Counted from the stretch's first letter, positions 8,682 through 21,304 are shown. The stretch is 32,000 nt of DNA from Alkanindiges illinoisensis DSM 15370 (GCF_000619845.1 NZ_JHUX01000003.1:1420064-1452063), one strand, 5' to 3'. Notes: generated by a model from the sequence alone, not told the origin. Numbers and translations: made by a program.

Positions 8682-8797
8682 AAATATGTCTCTCAATGTA
8701 ATCTATTGTTGACACGTCACGGGCAATTAAATCACAAATAAAGTATGATCGACCTTTACGCCGTGTGCATCGTTATTTAACGGGATAGTGTAGCAAA

Positions 8798-9196
8798 ATG
8801 CAAAAAATCATGTTGGCTTTATTTGCCTCATCCATCATTTCGGGTTGTTCTGTGTTTGGTGTTTACAAAATTGATGTGCCACAGGGTACGCCATTGACGC
8901 AAGCACAGGCCTCACAGATTAAAGTGGGAATGACCCAGCAACAGGTACGTTTCCTGCTGGGCTCACCAGCCATTACGGACACGTTAAATCCAGATCGCTG
9001 GGACTACCTGTATAATTACATTCCCGGTACTTATGCACGCAAGGCCAAACTGCCTGCCACTTCCGGCCAGCATTTACGGGTTTATTTTGATGCTCAGGGC
9101 ATCGTTACCCGGATTGAAGGTCTGGAAACCCTGCCTGAAAAGCAGCCTGGCCTGCCACAAAGCAAGGATGCCATCCTGACCGCGCCGCCGCTATAA
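8798..9196 (+). CDS. bamE: Outer-membrane assembly lipoprotein BamE (OmlA/SmpA)
   Basis: A signal peptide carries lipobox IISGC. VYKIDVPQGTPLTQAQASQIKVGMTQQQVRFLLGSPA...DRWDYLY is the BamE core. The divergent fur/omlA arrangement is conserved in Pseudomonas. Confidence 0.9.
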   Translation: MQKIMLALFASSIISGCSVFGVYKIDVPQGTPLTQAQASQIKVGMTQQQVRFLLGSPAITDTLNPDRWDYLYNYIPGTYARKAKLPATSGQHLRVYFDAQGIVTRIEGLETLPEKQPGLPQSKDAILTAPPL

Positions 9197-9222
9197 AATA
9201 AGCACGCCTGCATCCAGTTCTG

Positions 9223-9256
9223 CGCCAGACGGGTAACATCCAGTCTGGCGTTTTTT
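9223..9256 (+). terminator. Rho-independent terminator of bamE
   Basis: Stem CGCCAGAC (9223-9230) pairs with GTCTGGCG (9243-9250) and is followed by T6 (9251-9256). Confidence 0.7.
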
Positions 9257-9286
9257 AGGGCTGTACTTTTTGTCATTGCACCTGAG

Positions 9287-10585
9287 TTATACCTGCACGC
9301 TGGTTATATTACTGCTTATCGGCTGTTGCGCAGTCAATGGTGTTGAAATTTCTTGCAGTGACATGTCCTGCAAGGGATTATGCTTAATCCCGGCAATGGT
9401 ATGCGCCATTTGCTTGCGTAGCCACGGAATACGGTACATCCAGCTAAATCCAGCATCACGCAGCCAGCCCAGATCACGTCGGTGCGATTGATAAAATGGA
9501 GTGAGCGTGCGACTTAGCCACTGGTAAAAACGGATGGAACTTAAGCGCTGCTGATGATAATTGTCCCAGACTTTGTCCCACTCACTGGCCTGCCCAATTG
9601 CCTTGCCCAGTGCCCAGGCATCCAGTAAGGCCATATTGACGCCTTGTCCCAGTTGCGGACTCATGGCATGGGCTGCATCGCCAATAATTCCAATTCGCCC
9701 TTCCCCATAGCGGCTTAATATCACATCGCGATAATGCGCAGGCAGCCATTGCTGATGCGAAACCACGACTTGCGCCAGCCATTCTGCTGCCACTGGCCAG
9801 CGCTGTTCTACAGATTTTAACCAGATATCACGGTTGCTATTATCTTTTAGCCAGCCGGATATATGTGGCGTGGGCATACTCCAGAACACACTGGATAAGG
9901 GCTGATCGGCTTGCTGAGGCACAGCACCGGTTGGCAAAATGCCCATCATGGTACTGGCACCATCATAAAACTGATGCAGAATATTGCTATCTAGCGTAGT
10001 ACAAGCAGGCACAATGCACCATGCCGCTCCCCACGGATAAGGCTTGTCCAGTTTGATCCATTGCTTTGGCCGCAACTGGCTACGCGCGCCATTGGCGATG
10101 ATGACAGCGTCAAAAGTTTGTTGGAATACTTGCTGATTGGTGGTCTGGCCAATGAGCTGCATACGCTGGCCTGAAGGCACAATTTCACTAATTTCCGTGC
10201 CCATGTGACAATGAATCATTTGTCGGTCATGACTGGCGTGTTGCAGGTTTTGCATCAGCACATGACACAGACTAGCGCGATGCATGCCCAAACCAAAACA
10301 ATGCGGTGCTACTTCGCGATAATGACTGTTGACCAGCAAATGTCCGCTTGCAAGCTTGCCTTCCAGTCCATTCACGCGGCAACCCAGTTTTAGCGCTTCA
10401 TCCAATACACCCAGATGTTCAAATACGGCCAGTCCGGCAGGTTGCAATAAAATCCCTGCCCCAACGTTTTCCATTTCGCTGGCTTTTTCAATTATTGTGA
10501 TTTCATGCTGCTGTTGTGCCAGAATACGCGCTAGCGCCAGTCCGGCAGTACCCGCACCAATAATGGCAATATGCTGTTTTTTCAT
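9287..10585 (-). CDS. FAD-dependent monooxygenase (UbiH/salicylate-hydroxylase class), 432 aa
   Basis: The N-terminal dinucleotide-binding motif is IAIIGAGTAGLALA. The second FAD motif is IGDAAHAMSPQLGQGVNMALLDA. Confidence 0.85.
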   Translation of the reverse strand: MKKQHIAIIGAGTAGLALARILAQQQHEITIIEKASEMENVGAGILLQPAGLAVFEHLGVLDEALKLGCRVNGLEGKLASGHLLVNSHYREVAPHCFGLGMHRASLCHVLMQNLQHASHDRQMIHCHMGTEISEIVPSGQRMQLIGQTTNQQVFQQTFDAVIIANGARSQLRPKQWIKLDKPYPWGAAWCIVPACTTLDSNILHQFYDGASTMMGILPTGAVPQQADQPLSSVFWSMPTPHISGWLKDNSNRDIWLKSVEQRWPVAAEWLAQVVVSHQQWLPAHYRDVILSRYGEGRIGIIGDAAHAMSPQLGQGVNMALLDAWALGKAIGQASEWDKVWDNYHQQRLSSIRFYQWLSRTLTPFYQSHRRDLGWLRDAGFSWMYRIPWLRKQMAHTIAGIKHNPLQDMSLQEISTPLTAQQPISSNITSVQV

Positions 10586-10782
10586 TATTCAGTTATCAGA
10601 GTTTATTTTAGTTGTAGTGTAGCAAGTCTGGCTGAATAAGCCTTATGGTTTCTGGCAAATCATGCAGCGATCAGTGGGCTGAACTTATGGTTTGATTTGC
10701 CATTTTTTGCCGCTTATGCCACTCAACTGTTTTGTTAATATTAAGCCAGCGAATGATTTTAAATATGATGCTGTTTTAGGCA

Positions 10783-11106
10783 TTACAGCTTGCGTTTTAA
10801 ACGCCCTACCGGGTGTGCTTCCGCCCGCTTGCGCCGCACTGCCATCGGGTCACGGGTGAGCGGACGGTAAATTTCCAGCCGATCACCCGCTTGCAACAGA
10901 TACTGCTCAGGCTGATCGATTTTCATGCCAAATACACCCACAGCTAAAGCTTGTCCGGTAGGCAGTTTTGCCAGCAGGCCGGATTGCTCAAGCGCCTGCA
11001 TGGCGGTTAGTGCTTCCTGCCAGTCCAGACTCACCAGATATTGTCCGGTGGCATCTACATAAGCCACCTGCACTATTTTTTTATCTTGTGTGATTTGCTC
11101 AGCCAT
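10783..11106 (-). CDS. rnfH: RnfH-family (UPF0125, beta-grasp) protein
   Basis: A ~107-aa protein with the typical ...GDRLEIYRPLTRDPMAVRRKRA ending. AGGA lies 8 nt upstream of the ATG. Confidence 0.85.
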   Translation of the reverse strand: MAEQITQDKKIVQVAYVDATGQYLVSLDWQEALTAMQALEQSGLLAKLPTGQALAVGVFGMKIDQPEQYLLQAGDRLEIYRPLTRDPMAVRRKRAEAHPVGRLKRKL

Positions 11107-11124
11107 GCAGTTTGTCCTGAGGAG

Positions 11125-12243
11125 TTAAGCGGGTAAAAGCAGACCAATAATGGCCACAATAATTGCCAGTGGAATCAGCACACGCACAGCAATGCGCCAC
11201 AGGTTATAGACCACTTCCTGCTCAAAATTCAGTGCCTTGCGCAAATGGCTAATTTTCATCATCCAGCCACTAAAAATGGCATACAGCAGGCATACCACTA
11301 GCGCCAGAATGACAGTTAACGTGGTGAGTACAGGTTGTATGGGCACCAGCCATAACAGCAGGCCAACCAGTACAAACAGCCATTGCAGCACTATATTCAA
11401 ACCGCGCGCCTGGAGTTGTTCGCGTAGCAATGAAATTAAAAATCCCGCACCAGCCAGCAAAGCAATGGCATATAGCCACAAGGTTTGTGTGCCATGAAAG
11501 CCCTGTATCACAGCAATCACTACACCGCCAAGCAATTGGCCTGCCCAGATTGGCAACGCTGTTTTGCTGGCTTTTTCAACTGGCTGGCTGGCATTAAGCT
11601 GCCAGTACATGCCATAGCCCAAGCCTGTGGCAATCAGCGCCAGACTCACGGCCCATGCCCATTCTTTCAGGCTAAAAGCAGTCCACTGCCAGTTGCCCAC
11701 ACCCATTTGCATAAAGCTTAAAATGCTGGCAATAATGACCGCAATGCTGGCCACAATAATCAGCACAGCGCGTGGCACAAATGACAACACGACGCCTGCG
11801 AAAATCAGGCCAATGGATAAATAACCCATCATCTCATCTGGGCTATGGCCCATGCCCTCAAACAGCATGCTGGCCGACTGATACAGCAAGCCACCGCTAA
11901 GCAGTGCCATTACGGCTGCTGCCAGCCAGCCGGTAATCCGCCAGACTGGTTTGGCATCGGCTTCACGGGTGAGTACCATCAAGGCAGGTAAAGGCGTTGC
12001 CTTGCTGCGCTTGGCCAGTGCAATTTCCAGCAGGCTAAATGGCAGCGCCAGAATAACCATACACAGCAGCCAGACCGACCAGAAATCAAACTGGCTAGCA
12101 CTGCTAAACTGAATAAATGGAACGATCCAGCCAGCCAGCAACAAGGTCATGGTTAGGCCAGCCAATATGCTGCTTGCGCGCAATATTACGGGTGAATTCA
12201 TGGGCGTTGTATTCCACATCACATTGGGTTTTAACTGCGCCAA
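11125..12243 (-). CDS. Polytopic inner-membrane protein (about 10-11 predicted TM segments), function unknown; start uncertain
   Basis: Hydrophobic helices run along the whole length. LPFSLLEIALAKRS faintly recalls NSS/SNF-type transporters, which is weak evidence. The ORF-track start at 12243 is a TTG without an SD. In-frame ATGs at 12219 and 12201 are alternatives. The stop is 18 nt before the rnfH start. Confidence 0.6.
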   Translation of the reverse strand: MAQLKPNVMWNTTPMNSPVILRASSILAGLTMTLLLAGWIVPFIQFSSASQFDFWSVWLLCMVILALPFSLLEIALAKRSKATPLPALMVLTREADAKPVWRITGWLAAAVMALLSGGLLYQSASMLFEGMGHSPDEMMGYLSIGLIFAGVVLSFVPRAVLIIVASIAVIIASILSFMQMGVGNWQWTAFSLKEWAWAVSLALIATGLGYGMYWQLNASQPVEKASKTALPIWAGQLLGGVVIAVIQGFHGTQTLWLYAIALLAGAGFLISLLREQLQARGLNIVLQWLFVLVGLLLWLVPIQPVLTTLTVILALVVCLLYAIFSGWMMKISHLRKALNFEQEVVYNLWRIAVRVLIPLAIIVAIIGLLLPA

Positions 12244-12516
12244 TGCTAATGCAAAACGCTTATTAATGACGGTTTTTTTACATTTTTAGACCAAAATATA
12301 TGCGCTTGAAAGCTGAGAATCGCCAAAACCAGAAATTGCCAGAGATTATTTTTCTTATAAATACAGTATGTCTAAAACCAGTCTACTGCTTGTTTAAATC
12401 CTAATCTTAAACCGGACTTCCCTATCCTGTTATCCGTGTTGCTATTATGCAAGATCCTGTATTAAACAACCCTGCTATGAAAACCAGCGCTGAAACCAGT
12501 TCTTGTTTTTGGCTTC

Positions 12517-12927
12517 CTACGCCTTAATCACCCCAATCATGTTTTGCTTCACCGAGCCAACATAATCAGCATCATCACGGCGAATATGATTAATTAACCA
12601 CGTCACCAGCACCTGATGCAGCTCATCGGTAATGTCCTGTCCCCGGTTAAAGCGCTCCTGATAGTTATTGATGCGCTTGATAAACAACTGGTGCACTTTC
12701 TGGTGCGGCTTGGCATACTTGTAGCCTGCTTCTTCCTGCAAACTTTCTTCAAAGGCAAAGTGCGACTGGGTATAGTCCACCAGATCATCCAGCACCTGTT
12801 TCATCATATTACGGTCATGGTGATTCTTGGTGAGCTCGAGCTGGTTGATATATTCCACAATGCGCTGATGCTGCCGGTCAATCACCTCAATGCCGGTGTT
12901 CAGGTCGGGTGACCACATTATTGCCAT
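12517..12927 (-). CDS. Bacteriohemerythrin (single-domain hemerythrin-like metal-binding protein), 136 aa
   Basis: W..DLNTGIEVIDRQHQRIVEYIN, HFAFEE, KVHQ and WLINHIRRDDADY carry the His/Glu/Asp diiron ligand pattern. GAGGAA lies 6-7 nt upstream of the ATG. Confidence 0.85.
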   Translation of the reverse strand: MAIMWSPDLNTGIEVIDRQHQRIVEYINQLELTKNHHDRNMMKQVLDDLVDYTQSHFAFEESLQEEAGYKYAKPHQKVHQLFIKRINNYQERFNRGQDITDELHQVLVTWLINHIRRDDADYVGSVKQNMIGVIKA

Positions 12928-13115
12928 GTTTGTTTCCTCAGCGGTTTGCCTTAATTCTTGTTTTACCCTAACCCAAAATTATTGTTTTTAAAACCAAGCA
13001 TTTAGCTCAAGTTAATTTAAGTTTTTCATTCAAAAACAACAGGCTATAAAAATGTATTTAAACCCATTAAAAAGCTAAAGTATTTTTTAACCAGCCAGCA
13101 CTGGCTGGTTAAGGC

Positions 13116-13835
13116 TTAATTGCCATTTCGGCTGATCTGCAATTGATTAATAGGCTGATGCAAATGGGTATCCAGTACCATACCCAATGGCTTTGGCTCA
13201 GGATAAACCCTGACATTAAAGCTAGTGAGCAGCGGCACCTGCATCACATGATTTAACGGTGTTTGCGTGTGCAATACCGTATTCAGCCGGGTCACAGTAT
13301 TCTGGTCAAAGCCCAGCATGATTGGCCCTTCATAGGCAAAACGTAGCGTGGTATTGACTGGAATCACCATATCAACCGGCAGGTTAAATTCCAGTGGCAC
13401 TTGAAGCTTTAATGGCAGCTTGGGCAAATGTGGCAATACCAGTGCAGTGGTGTCATTGATTTCTGCCATCGTTTTGACCGGAATGCTGCCCTTGTAATGC
13501 ACATTAAATTTAATGGGAATAGGCGTATCAATTTTAATTCGGGTTTTGTAAGTTCCTGCCAGCGGTACTTCAATGTTCTGGTCAATCGGCACCTCAACCT
13601 TAACATTGCCAGCAAGTTGAACGGCAAAAGTGTTGGTGGCTGCGACATTCACATCAATCTGTGAGGGCATCATCATTTTTCCCTGCTGATTGTGCAGGTC
13701 AATGCCAACACCAAGATAGGCATAGCACCAAAAGCCAACCATGCCGCCCAGCATCACCACCAGCGTTGCTCCTGCTAGCAGCCAGATGGTTTTTTTGGGG
13801 ATGGTTTTTTTCGGGATTGTATTCCTTGTATTCAT
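13116..13835 (-). CDS. Membrane-anchored protein of unknown function, paralog B (239 aa)
   Basis: A basic N-terminus is followed by one TM (WLLAGATLVVMLGGMVGFWCYAYL). The rest is a domain rich in short (V/I)P(I/L) strand-like repeats. It is clearly paralogous to the upstream gene (YLGVGIDLHNQQ vs YLEIGLPIRNQQ; VPIDQNIEVPL vs IPINQQIQVPI; IPIKFNV vs VPIKLKV). The ATG lies 5 nt after the upstream stop. Confidence 0.65.
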   Translation of the reverse strand: MNTRNTIPKKTIPKKTIWLLAGATLVVMLGGMVGFWCYAYLGVGIDLHNQQGKMMMPSQIDVNVAATNTFAVQLAGNVKVEVPIDQNIEVPLAGTYKTRIKIDTPIPIKFNVHYKGSIPVKTMAEINDTTALVLPHLPKLPLKLQVPLEFNLPVDMVIPVNTTLRFAYEGPIMLGFDQNTVTRLNTVLHTQTPLNHVMQVPLLTSFNVRVYPEPKPLGMVLDTHLHQPINQLQISRNGN

Positions 13836-13840
13836 CCTGA

Positions 13841-14566
13841 TTACTGCCCTGTTGCTGAGTGACTGGGCTGGGCTGAATCATGGCGATACAAGGACAGCGC
13901 CTTCAGTGGAATTCTCAGATTGCTTTTGGTAATCACCGTGTCCAGTGGCTCTGGAATAACCAACTGGGTATTGATTTGTGATTTGACAGGCACCTGCAAT
14001 ACCCCATGCACAGGCACTCTGGCATCAATGGTGGTTTTTAGGGGAATATTCAGGCGTTGTTCAATATTGGCAGCCACAGGTGCCACAAATTTCAGTCGTA
14101 CTTGCTGGTCAATGGGAATAGTAAAATGCACTGGAATGTTGGTTTTGATGGGAATATCCCCACGAATAGGCAGGCTCACCGTCTTACCCAGTACCTTGAC
14201 TTCTACCCTGGAATCAACATGCACAATCTGGTCCAGGGGAATCTGGTTATCCACTCTGACTTTTAGTTTGATCGGCACCTCATTATCAAAACTGACCATC
14301 GTATGCATGGTGTCCTTAATAGGTACCTGAATTTGCTGGTTAATGGGAATTTTTGTATCAATTGACCCTTTCACCATTACTTCCAGCGGATCATAGATAT
14401 CTGCTTTGGCCTGCACGGGTTCTGTAATGCGCACCTGCGCCTGCTGGTTGCGAATAGGCAAACCAATTTCAAGGTAATTTAATATCCACCATGCAATACC
14501 GGCCCCAACGGCAATGGCTGCTACAAATAACAATAGTCCTGACAAAAGCCACTGCTTTGCATTCAA
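13841..14566 (-). CDS. Membrane-anchored protein of unknown function, paralog A (241 aa), TTG start
   Basis: It has one N-terminal TM (LLSGLLLFVAAIAVGAGIAWWIL) and the same repeat-rich domain. The only in-frame start before the TM is TTG 14566, with GGAG 9 nt upstream. Confidence 0.65.
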   Translation of the reverse strand: MNAKQWLLSGLLLFVAAIAVGAGIAWWILNYLEIGLPIRNQQAQVRITEPVQAKADIYDPLEVMVKGSIDTKIPINQQIQVPIKDTMHTMVSFDNEVPIKLKVRVDNQIPLDQIVHVDSRVEVKVLGKTVSLPIRGDIPIKTNIPVHFTIPIDQQVRLKFVAPVAANIEQRLNIPLKTTIDARVPVHGVLQVPVKSQINTQLVIPEPLDTVITKSNLRIPLKALSLYRHDSAQPSHSATGQ

Positions 14567-14857
14567 TTAGGATTGCTCCGCTATTTTTGAGTAATGAAGG
14601 GAGTTTAACCACTTATTTTTTCTAATTATTCTGGCAATTGGTAATTATTCTTACAGTTACTTAGCCTTAATAATAATTTATGTAATATTTTTATTTTCTA
14701 ATTTACACGTCAGTTGATGACGCAATGTGATGGGCACATGAACTTTTACAAAATTAAAAGCTCCCTTAAATAAGTCGCTTTGCCTATAATCCGGTTGCTG
14801 TTTTTACCTTTTTTTAGCCTGATTTTCCGGGCATGTTTTTCTTGAGTACGACATACA

Positions 14858-16903
14858 ATGAGCAGTAATGCAAAACTGAGCCAGCTTAATCCCCGTCAGC
14901 AGGAAGCCATGACCTATGTGTCAGGGCCACTATTGGTTCTGGCGGGTGCAGGCTCTGGCAAAACTGCTGTAATCACCCGCAAGATCGCCCACCTGATTCA
15001 AAATTGTGGTGTGCCGGCGCATCGCATTACGGCCATGACCTTTACCAACAAGGCCGCACGTGAAATGAAGGAACGGGTAAGCAAACTCATTCCGCGTGAA
15101 GAATCCAAGGGTTTAACGGTTTCTACATTCCACAATTTTGGCCTGAATTTGTTACGGATTGAACTCAAGCATACCCCCCTTAAGAATAATTTTTCCATTC
15201 TGGACGCCGATGACTGCAAGCGCCTGCTGATGGATTTAATGCACAAGGACAATCTGGCGGGTGCCGATAGTAAAGAGCTGATTGGCAAGGCCATGCGCCG
15301 GATTTCTGACTGGAAAAACGATTTGTTGCTACCTGCGCAGGCCATGAGCACGGCTGAAACCCCTGAAGATTTGCATCTGGCGCACCTGTACGAACTGTAT
15401 GAGCGCAATATCCGGGCCTACAATGCAGTCGATTTTGATGACCTGATTGCCCTGCCCACCCGCTTGCTGCAGGAAAATGCCGAAATCCGCGACAAATGGC
15501 AAAACCGGGTGCGCTACCTGCTGGTAGATGAATATCAGGATACCAACACCGCACAGTATATGCTGGTTAAACTTCTGGTCGGCGTGATGGGCCGCTTTAC
15601 TGCTGTAGGTGATGATGACCAGTCTATTTATGCGTGGCGTGGTGCCAAACCCGAAAACATGGCATTGCTGGCAGAAGACTTTCCCAGCCTGAAAGTCATC
15701 AAGCTGGAACAAAATTACCGCTCAACCAGCCGGATTTTAAAAGCTGCCAACTCGGTGATTACCAATAATCCGCACCTGTTTGAAAAACAATTGTGGAGCG
15801 ACAAAGGTCATGGTGAAGCCATCCGGGTGATTACCTGCCGCAACGATGATGATGAAGCCGAGCGCGTGGCACATGACCTGATGAACCATAAGCTAATGAA
15901 TGGCAAATCATGGAAGGATTATGCCGTACTGTACCGAGGCAATTTTCAGGCGCGGGTGCTGGAAGCCCAGCTACGCCAGATGCAGATTCCGTATAAACTC
16001 TCTGGTGGGACATCGTTCTTCGCACGCGCTGAAATCAAGGATGTGATGAGTTACCTGCGCCTGATTATTAATCCTGAAGACGACAGTGCATTTTTACGAA
16101 TTATCAACACGCCCAAACGTGCCATTGGCCCAGCCACGCTGGAAAAACTAGGGCTGTTTGCTCAGGACAATCACTTGTCATTATTAGGCGCCTCGGCAGA
16201 CCAGCGCCTGAGCATGGTCTTTGCCAAAAAAGCTGCTTCACAGTTGCATGAGTTTGCCGGTTTTATTGAAGATTACACCCGCCGCCTGCACGACAATGAC
16301 GATCCGGTGCCTGTGGTACGCCAAATGATTAATGAAACGGGCTATATTGATTTCGTGCGCGAACAGGCAGCAACACCAGCCGCAGAAAAGAATAAGCTGG
16401 ACAATATTGAAACCCTGTACAGCAGTATCCAGAGCCTGATTACCCGTGCCGATGATGTGGATGAGCGCAATATTGAAAGCGTAATCCGCAAGCTGGTTCT
16501 GCTAGACCTGCTGGAACAGCAACAGGAAGAAGACGATACCGACAAGGTGAACCTGATGACCCTACATGCGGCCAAAGGACTGGAATTTCCGTATGTGTAC
16601 ATTATGGGGCTGGAAGAGGAACTGCTGCCGCACCGCAATTCCATTGCTGGCGATACCATTGAAGAAGAACGCCGCCTGATGTATGTAGGCATTACCCGCG
16701 CCCGGCAAGGTTTAACGCTCACGCTGGCCGAGCAACGCAAGGCTGGTGGGCAAATGCGGCAGACCACACCCAGCCGTTTTCTGGATGAACTGCCCGAAGA
16801 AGAACTGGAATGGTCTGGCAAAAAGAAACAAAAACTGTCTAATGTTGACCCAAAAGCGCAGGCTGCTGCCTACCTGGCCAATTTAAAAGCATTAATGAAA
16901 TAG
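14858..16903 (+). CDS. rep: ATP-dependent DNA helicase Rep (UvrD/Rep SF1)
   Basis: Motifs present are Walker A AGAGSGKT, motif II LLVDEYQDTN, QNYRST, TLHAAKGLEF and YVGITRA. The length (681 aa) fits Rep rather than UvrD. Confidence 0.92.
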   Translation: MSSNAKLSQLNPRQQEAMTYVSGPLLVLAGAGSGKTAVITRKIAHLIQNCGVPAHRITAMTFTNKAAREMKERVSKLIPREESKGLTVSTFHNFGLNLLRIELKHTPLKNNFSILDADDCKRLLMDLMHKDNLAGADSKELIGKAMRRISDWKNDLLLPAQAMSTAETPEDLHLAHLYELYERNIRAYNAVDFDDLIALPTRLLQENAEIRDKWQNRVRYLLVDEYQDTNTAQYMLVKLLVGVMGRFTAVGDDDQSIYAWRGAKPENMALLAEDFPSLKVIKLEQNYRSTSRILKAANSVITNNPHLFEKQLWSDKGHGEAIRVITCRNDDDEAERVAHDLMNHKLMNGKSWKDYAVLYRGNFQARVLEAQLRQMQIPYKLSGGTSFFARAEIKDVMSYLRLIINPEDDSAFLRIINTPKRAIGPATLEKLGLFAQDNHLSLLGASADQRLSMVFAKKAASQLHEFAGFIEDYTRRLHDNDDPVPVVRQMINETGYIDFVREQAATPAAEKNKLDNIETLYSSIQSLITRADDVDERNIESVIRKLVLLDLLEQQQEEDDTDKVNLMTLHAAKGLEFPYVYIMGLEEELLPHRNSIAGDTIEEERRLMYVGITRARQGLTLTLAEQRKAGGQMRQTTPSRFLDELPEEELEWSGKKKQKLSNVDPKAQAAAYLANLKALMK

Positions 16904-17032
16904 ATATCAGTAACTTGCGCTAGGTGTTTCGATGCTTGGCGCTTATAATTTTACAATTCGGCCCACTTGCCTGCTTTTTAAGCGATTAGTGTACTTAATT
17001 ATTGAGGGTAATCCTCATAGGAACTTCATGGC

Positions 17033-17485
17033 ATGAAACTTCAAGTTAAAATTCTGGATTCACGGATTGGCACCACCTGGCCTCTGCCCACGCATGCGAC
17101 CCCAGGCTCTGCAGGCCTTGATTTACGCGCCTGCATTGATGAAGCCATTGTTCTCAATCCCGGTGATACCGTGCTGGTCAAAACCGGCATGGCCATTTAC
17201 ATTGCCGATCCGCACTACGCTGGCCTGATTTTACCGCGTTCGGGACTTGGGCATAAGCATGGCATTGTACTGGGCAATCTGGTGGGGCTGATTGACTCTG
17301 ACTATCAGGGCGAACTGATGGTTTCGGTATGGAATCGTGGCACGGCTGCCTTTACTTTGGCGCCGGGTGAACGAATGGCACAATATGTGCTGGTTCCCGT
17401 GATACAAACTCAACTTGAAGTTGTAAATGACTTTGAGCAAACTGAACGTGGCAGCGGTGGTTTTGGCCATACGGGTACTGCATAA
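17033..17485 (+). CDS. dut: dUTP diphosphatase
   Basis: Motifs present are [31 protein letters not shown] and C-terminal [10 protein letters not shown]. Confidence 0.95.
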   Translation: MKLQVKILDSRIGTTWPLPTHATPGSAGLDLRACIDEAIVLNPGDTVLVKTGMAIYIADPHYAGLILPRSGLGHKHGIVLGNLVGLIDSDYQGELMVSVWNRGTAAFTLAPGERMAQYVLVPVIQTQLEVVNDFEQTERGSGGFGHTGTA

Positions 17486-17610
17486 ACTGCCCGTGACGTG
17501 AGTCTGTTAAAACCATTCAAATCTTAATCCGGCCTTGTCAGGGCGGCTTTGCTGGTGAAGCACAGCCCTTAATCACCCTATAAGGTCAAGAACGATCAAG
17601 GAAGTGTGTC

Positions 17611-21043
<3,433 letters not shown>

Positions 21044-21060
21044 ATCCTGCGGTAGCCTGA

Positions 21061-21095
21061 TTGCCCATAATTGCTTTAAGTTGTGGGCAATTTTT
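21061..21095 (+). terminator. Rho-independent terminator of argB
   Basis: Stem TTGCCCA (21061-21067) pairs with TGGGCAA (21084-21090) and is followed by T5. The loop is rather long at 16 nt. Confidence 0.55.
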
Positions 21096-21304
21096 ATTGC
21101 TGGGCGGTTTTTAATTAAGCCGCTTTTTGCCACTGCACTGCTATCAAACCCATTTTTCATCAAGCAATTTTTATCACAGCAATGCAAATGATAATTTGCA
21201 CTCTAGTCAGGGCTTATGCACAATATCTCTAGCGTTTCATGTCATTGCTCCTGTGTGCTGAGCATTTATGATTAATCCTATTTTTGCCTGAGTGTAGTTC
21301 CTGT

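Noticed and set aside
8682-8797. Possible Fur box in the fur/bamE divergent promoter
   Set aside because: I found no segment matching GATAATGATAATCATTATC convincingly by eye, so no call is made without a PWM scan.
10641-10707. Inverted repeat TGGCAAATCA...TGATTTGCCA followed by T6, and direct repeat CTTATGGTTT x2, between the monooxygenase start and the rnfH stop
   Set aside because: The loop is ~28 nt and the T-run is on the plus strand, where no gene ends. On the minus strand, downstream of rnfH, there is no U-tract. The evidence is insufficient for a terminator or sRNA call.
13088-13112. Near-perfect palindrome TTAACCAGCCAG-CA-CTGGCTGGTTAA just after the stop of paralog B, considered as its terminator
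   Set aside because: On the minus (transcribed) strand it is followed by A6 rather than a U-tract, and the T-run precedes it on the plus strand. It may still be a stabilising or REP-like hairpin, but it is not a canonical intrinsic terminator.
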